Part shown: positions 48,106 through 50,020 of the stretch, piece after piece
Position numbering within the stretch: position 1 is the first letter of the stretch
Layout of the letters: each line of letters begins with the position of its first letter
Assembly: GCF_004010195.1 (NCBI RefSeq)
Contig: NC_057752.1
Span: 2,455,334 to 2,505,353 of the forward strand
Direction: 5' to 3'
Source: Chiloscyllium plagiosum
Lineage: Eukaryota
Length of the DNA: 50,020 bases
Made by a program: the position numbers and the translations under genes
Notes under the pieces: generated by a model
Database searches by the model: none
Seen by the model: the letters and a program-made list of their open reading frames with translations, nothing else
What the model was told of the DNA's origin: nothing

Positions 48106-48759
48106 GATGATCAGAAATGCTGTCATTCTGATGGAACCTCATTAACTTGAGACTCCGTCTATCCTCTCTGGGGATGTCAAAGATCATGTTGGGCTGTTTG
48201 AAGAGGACAAGGGGAATTGCCCTGGCAAATATTCATCCCCTCAGCGAGCATCACGGGAACAGATGAGCTGCAGAATCTTGCTGTGTGCAAATAGCTGCTG
48301 GCTGTCCTCCATTACGCCAGTGACATGCTTACTTGACACGTTTTGGGATGTTCTGAGCTCACATCCAAGACAGCTCTCAAGGTGATCAGATAAACTGTAC
48401 ATGCTAATCACTAAACCAAGGCTTAAGGCGATTCGTGGGTTTGAGAGGGTCACGTGTTCAGCTCTTGTCTGGGAGCTTTTGATGAGCCCAGCACCTGTGC
48501 TGTCACCGTGATGTCACAGCTGTGTCTCCGAAAGGCAATGTTGCTCCCGAAAAGAGTGAAAAGAGCATCAAGTTCGCCACCAAATGCTATCTAGAAATTG
48601 GTGCAGGCAGCACATACACTCTGATTGCGGTGAAGCTAATGCTTCATAAAAAAGGGGCAGTCGACAGCAAGCTGCTAATTCAGAAGCTGACTTGCCGTTT
48701 TTCTCTGCCTGCAAACAGCAGAGCAGTTCCAATGAAAGTGAGAGCAGTTTGGTCTCCAC

Positions 48760-49690
48760 TGTTATGAAGATGTGGGTGTACTGTACCTTTAAGAAAGTTA
48801 AAAGCTGGTAGAACTATCTAACAGCACCAAGTGTTCCCAACAAGATACAATGTAACATGTGGTCCAGCAGTTAGGGTAGCTGGTTGCCTGGAGACAAAAA
48901 CAGATTTGAATTAGGCCAATCGAGTTTGCACATTCTTCCCGTGTCTGCATGGGATTCCTCCGGTTTCCTCCCACAATCCAAAGATGTGTAGGTTAGGTGA
49001 ATTGGCCATGCTAAATTGCCCATAGTGTTAGGTGCACTCGTCAGGGGTAAATATAGGGGAATGTGTCCGGGTGGGTTACTCTTCAGAAGGTTGATGTGGA
49101 CTAGTGGGCCCAAGGGCCTGTTCCATACTGTAGGGAATCTAATCTAATCAGTTTAAATTATACCCCAACAAAATAACAATCTCCAATCCAGTTTGAATTT
49201 AGTATATTGACAATCTTAAAATCCAATGACACAATCCAATGCTTTGGGGGTATAAGACCAGGGAAAATTGAACAGTTGGGAGGAGAACTGCCACGCCACC
49301 AGCATGTAAAGACTGCCCAAAAAATAGCTCTCTTAAAGGTACCTTTATCATTCTGTGACTGGTGAAGCATAATCCCTAAGAAGATGACGACACAGGAAGA
49401 TCCAAATAGAAGATCCAACAGCTGGGTAGTGTTGAAAACTTGAATTTTTGATAAATCTTAAATCAGGGGGTTTTATCGGACTAGTATTATAGAAGGGAAG
49501 GTAAAAGAGGAAGGAGTTGTAAATAGTTGTTCGTTAATTATTCTCTGATATACTTTAAGAAATAAAGTTGTTAATTTTTACTTTGGCGTAGTCCTTGGCA
49601 TCTCAAATTTTCACTGATAACTGCACAGGATAAATCTTTTCTGTGTTGCTGGATGAAATTAAGCAGGAGGGTTTACCCCACGTCGTAACA
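48760..49690 (+). mobile_element. Solo LTR with an HE1 insertion
   Basis: Inverted termini tgttatga ... tcgtaaca. TATA-like motif at about 49310, AATAAA at 49561. Flanks ccac / caac form an imperfect 4-bp TSD. Confidence 0.75.
48922..49149 (+). mobile_element. 5'-truncated HE1 SINE
   Basis: V-domain through to the (aatct)n tail. Confidence 0.9.
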
Positions 49691-50020
49691 CAACAATCTC
49701 CATTTTGCACTCATCGTAATACCAATATCCCCAAGCTCCAGTGGCAATGGGAATTCCTGGCACCTAAACAGTTACCTGATGCCAGAAAATCATGTGCCAC
49801 TCGGCAAGATATCTTTGTCAACAGGACTAAACGATGATTCTCATCAGGTGATATGCAACAGCCAAGATTGACCGATGAAAAGCAGGCATTTAGCTTGTGA
49901 GAGAAATAAAACGTTCTACTGTTTTACTCTGCCCACTGTTCAGGTGCAATGAGATTATAAAGGACAATAGCGTTTCTCACTATTTGAATAGACTACTGGA
50001 AAAACATTCCCCCCCAATGT

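Overview
Eukaryotic, repeat-dominated intronic or intergenic DNA from a cartilaginous fish. It is most likely a shark, inferred from about 10 HE1-type V-SINE copies and many CR1/HER1-type LINE 3' fragments. There are three N-gaps (6047-6095, 8082-8771, 15363-15862). No intact host protein-coding gene is supported; nearly all ORFs in the track are TE remnants or chance frames. The window holds CR1- and L2-like LINE fragments, HE1 and other tRNA-derived SINEs, and a Penelope-like (PLE) RT-thumb/GIY-YIG fragment. It also holds a Gypsy-like pol tail with PPT and LTR, several solo-LTR candidates, a Tigger/pogo-like MITE, and mini/microsatellites. The most notable signal is about a dozen short PLE-derived elements from at least four families. 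They are often fold-back structures with 10-16 bp target-site duplications, carry minimal hammerhead-ribozyme motifs, and include one triple-nested cluster. Other oddities: two different poly(A) retroelements inserted at the same site in two copies of one LTR, a templated ~335 bp insertion copied from 3.8 kb away, and a TG...CA element with 35 bp TIRs. Repeat boundaries were read by eye and are approximate unless a TSD is quoted.
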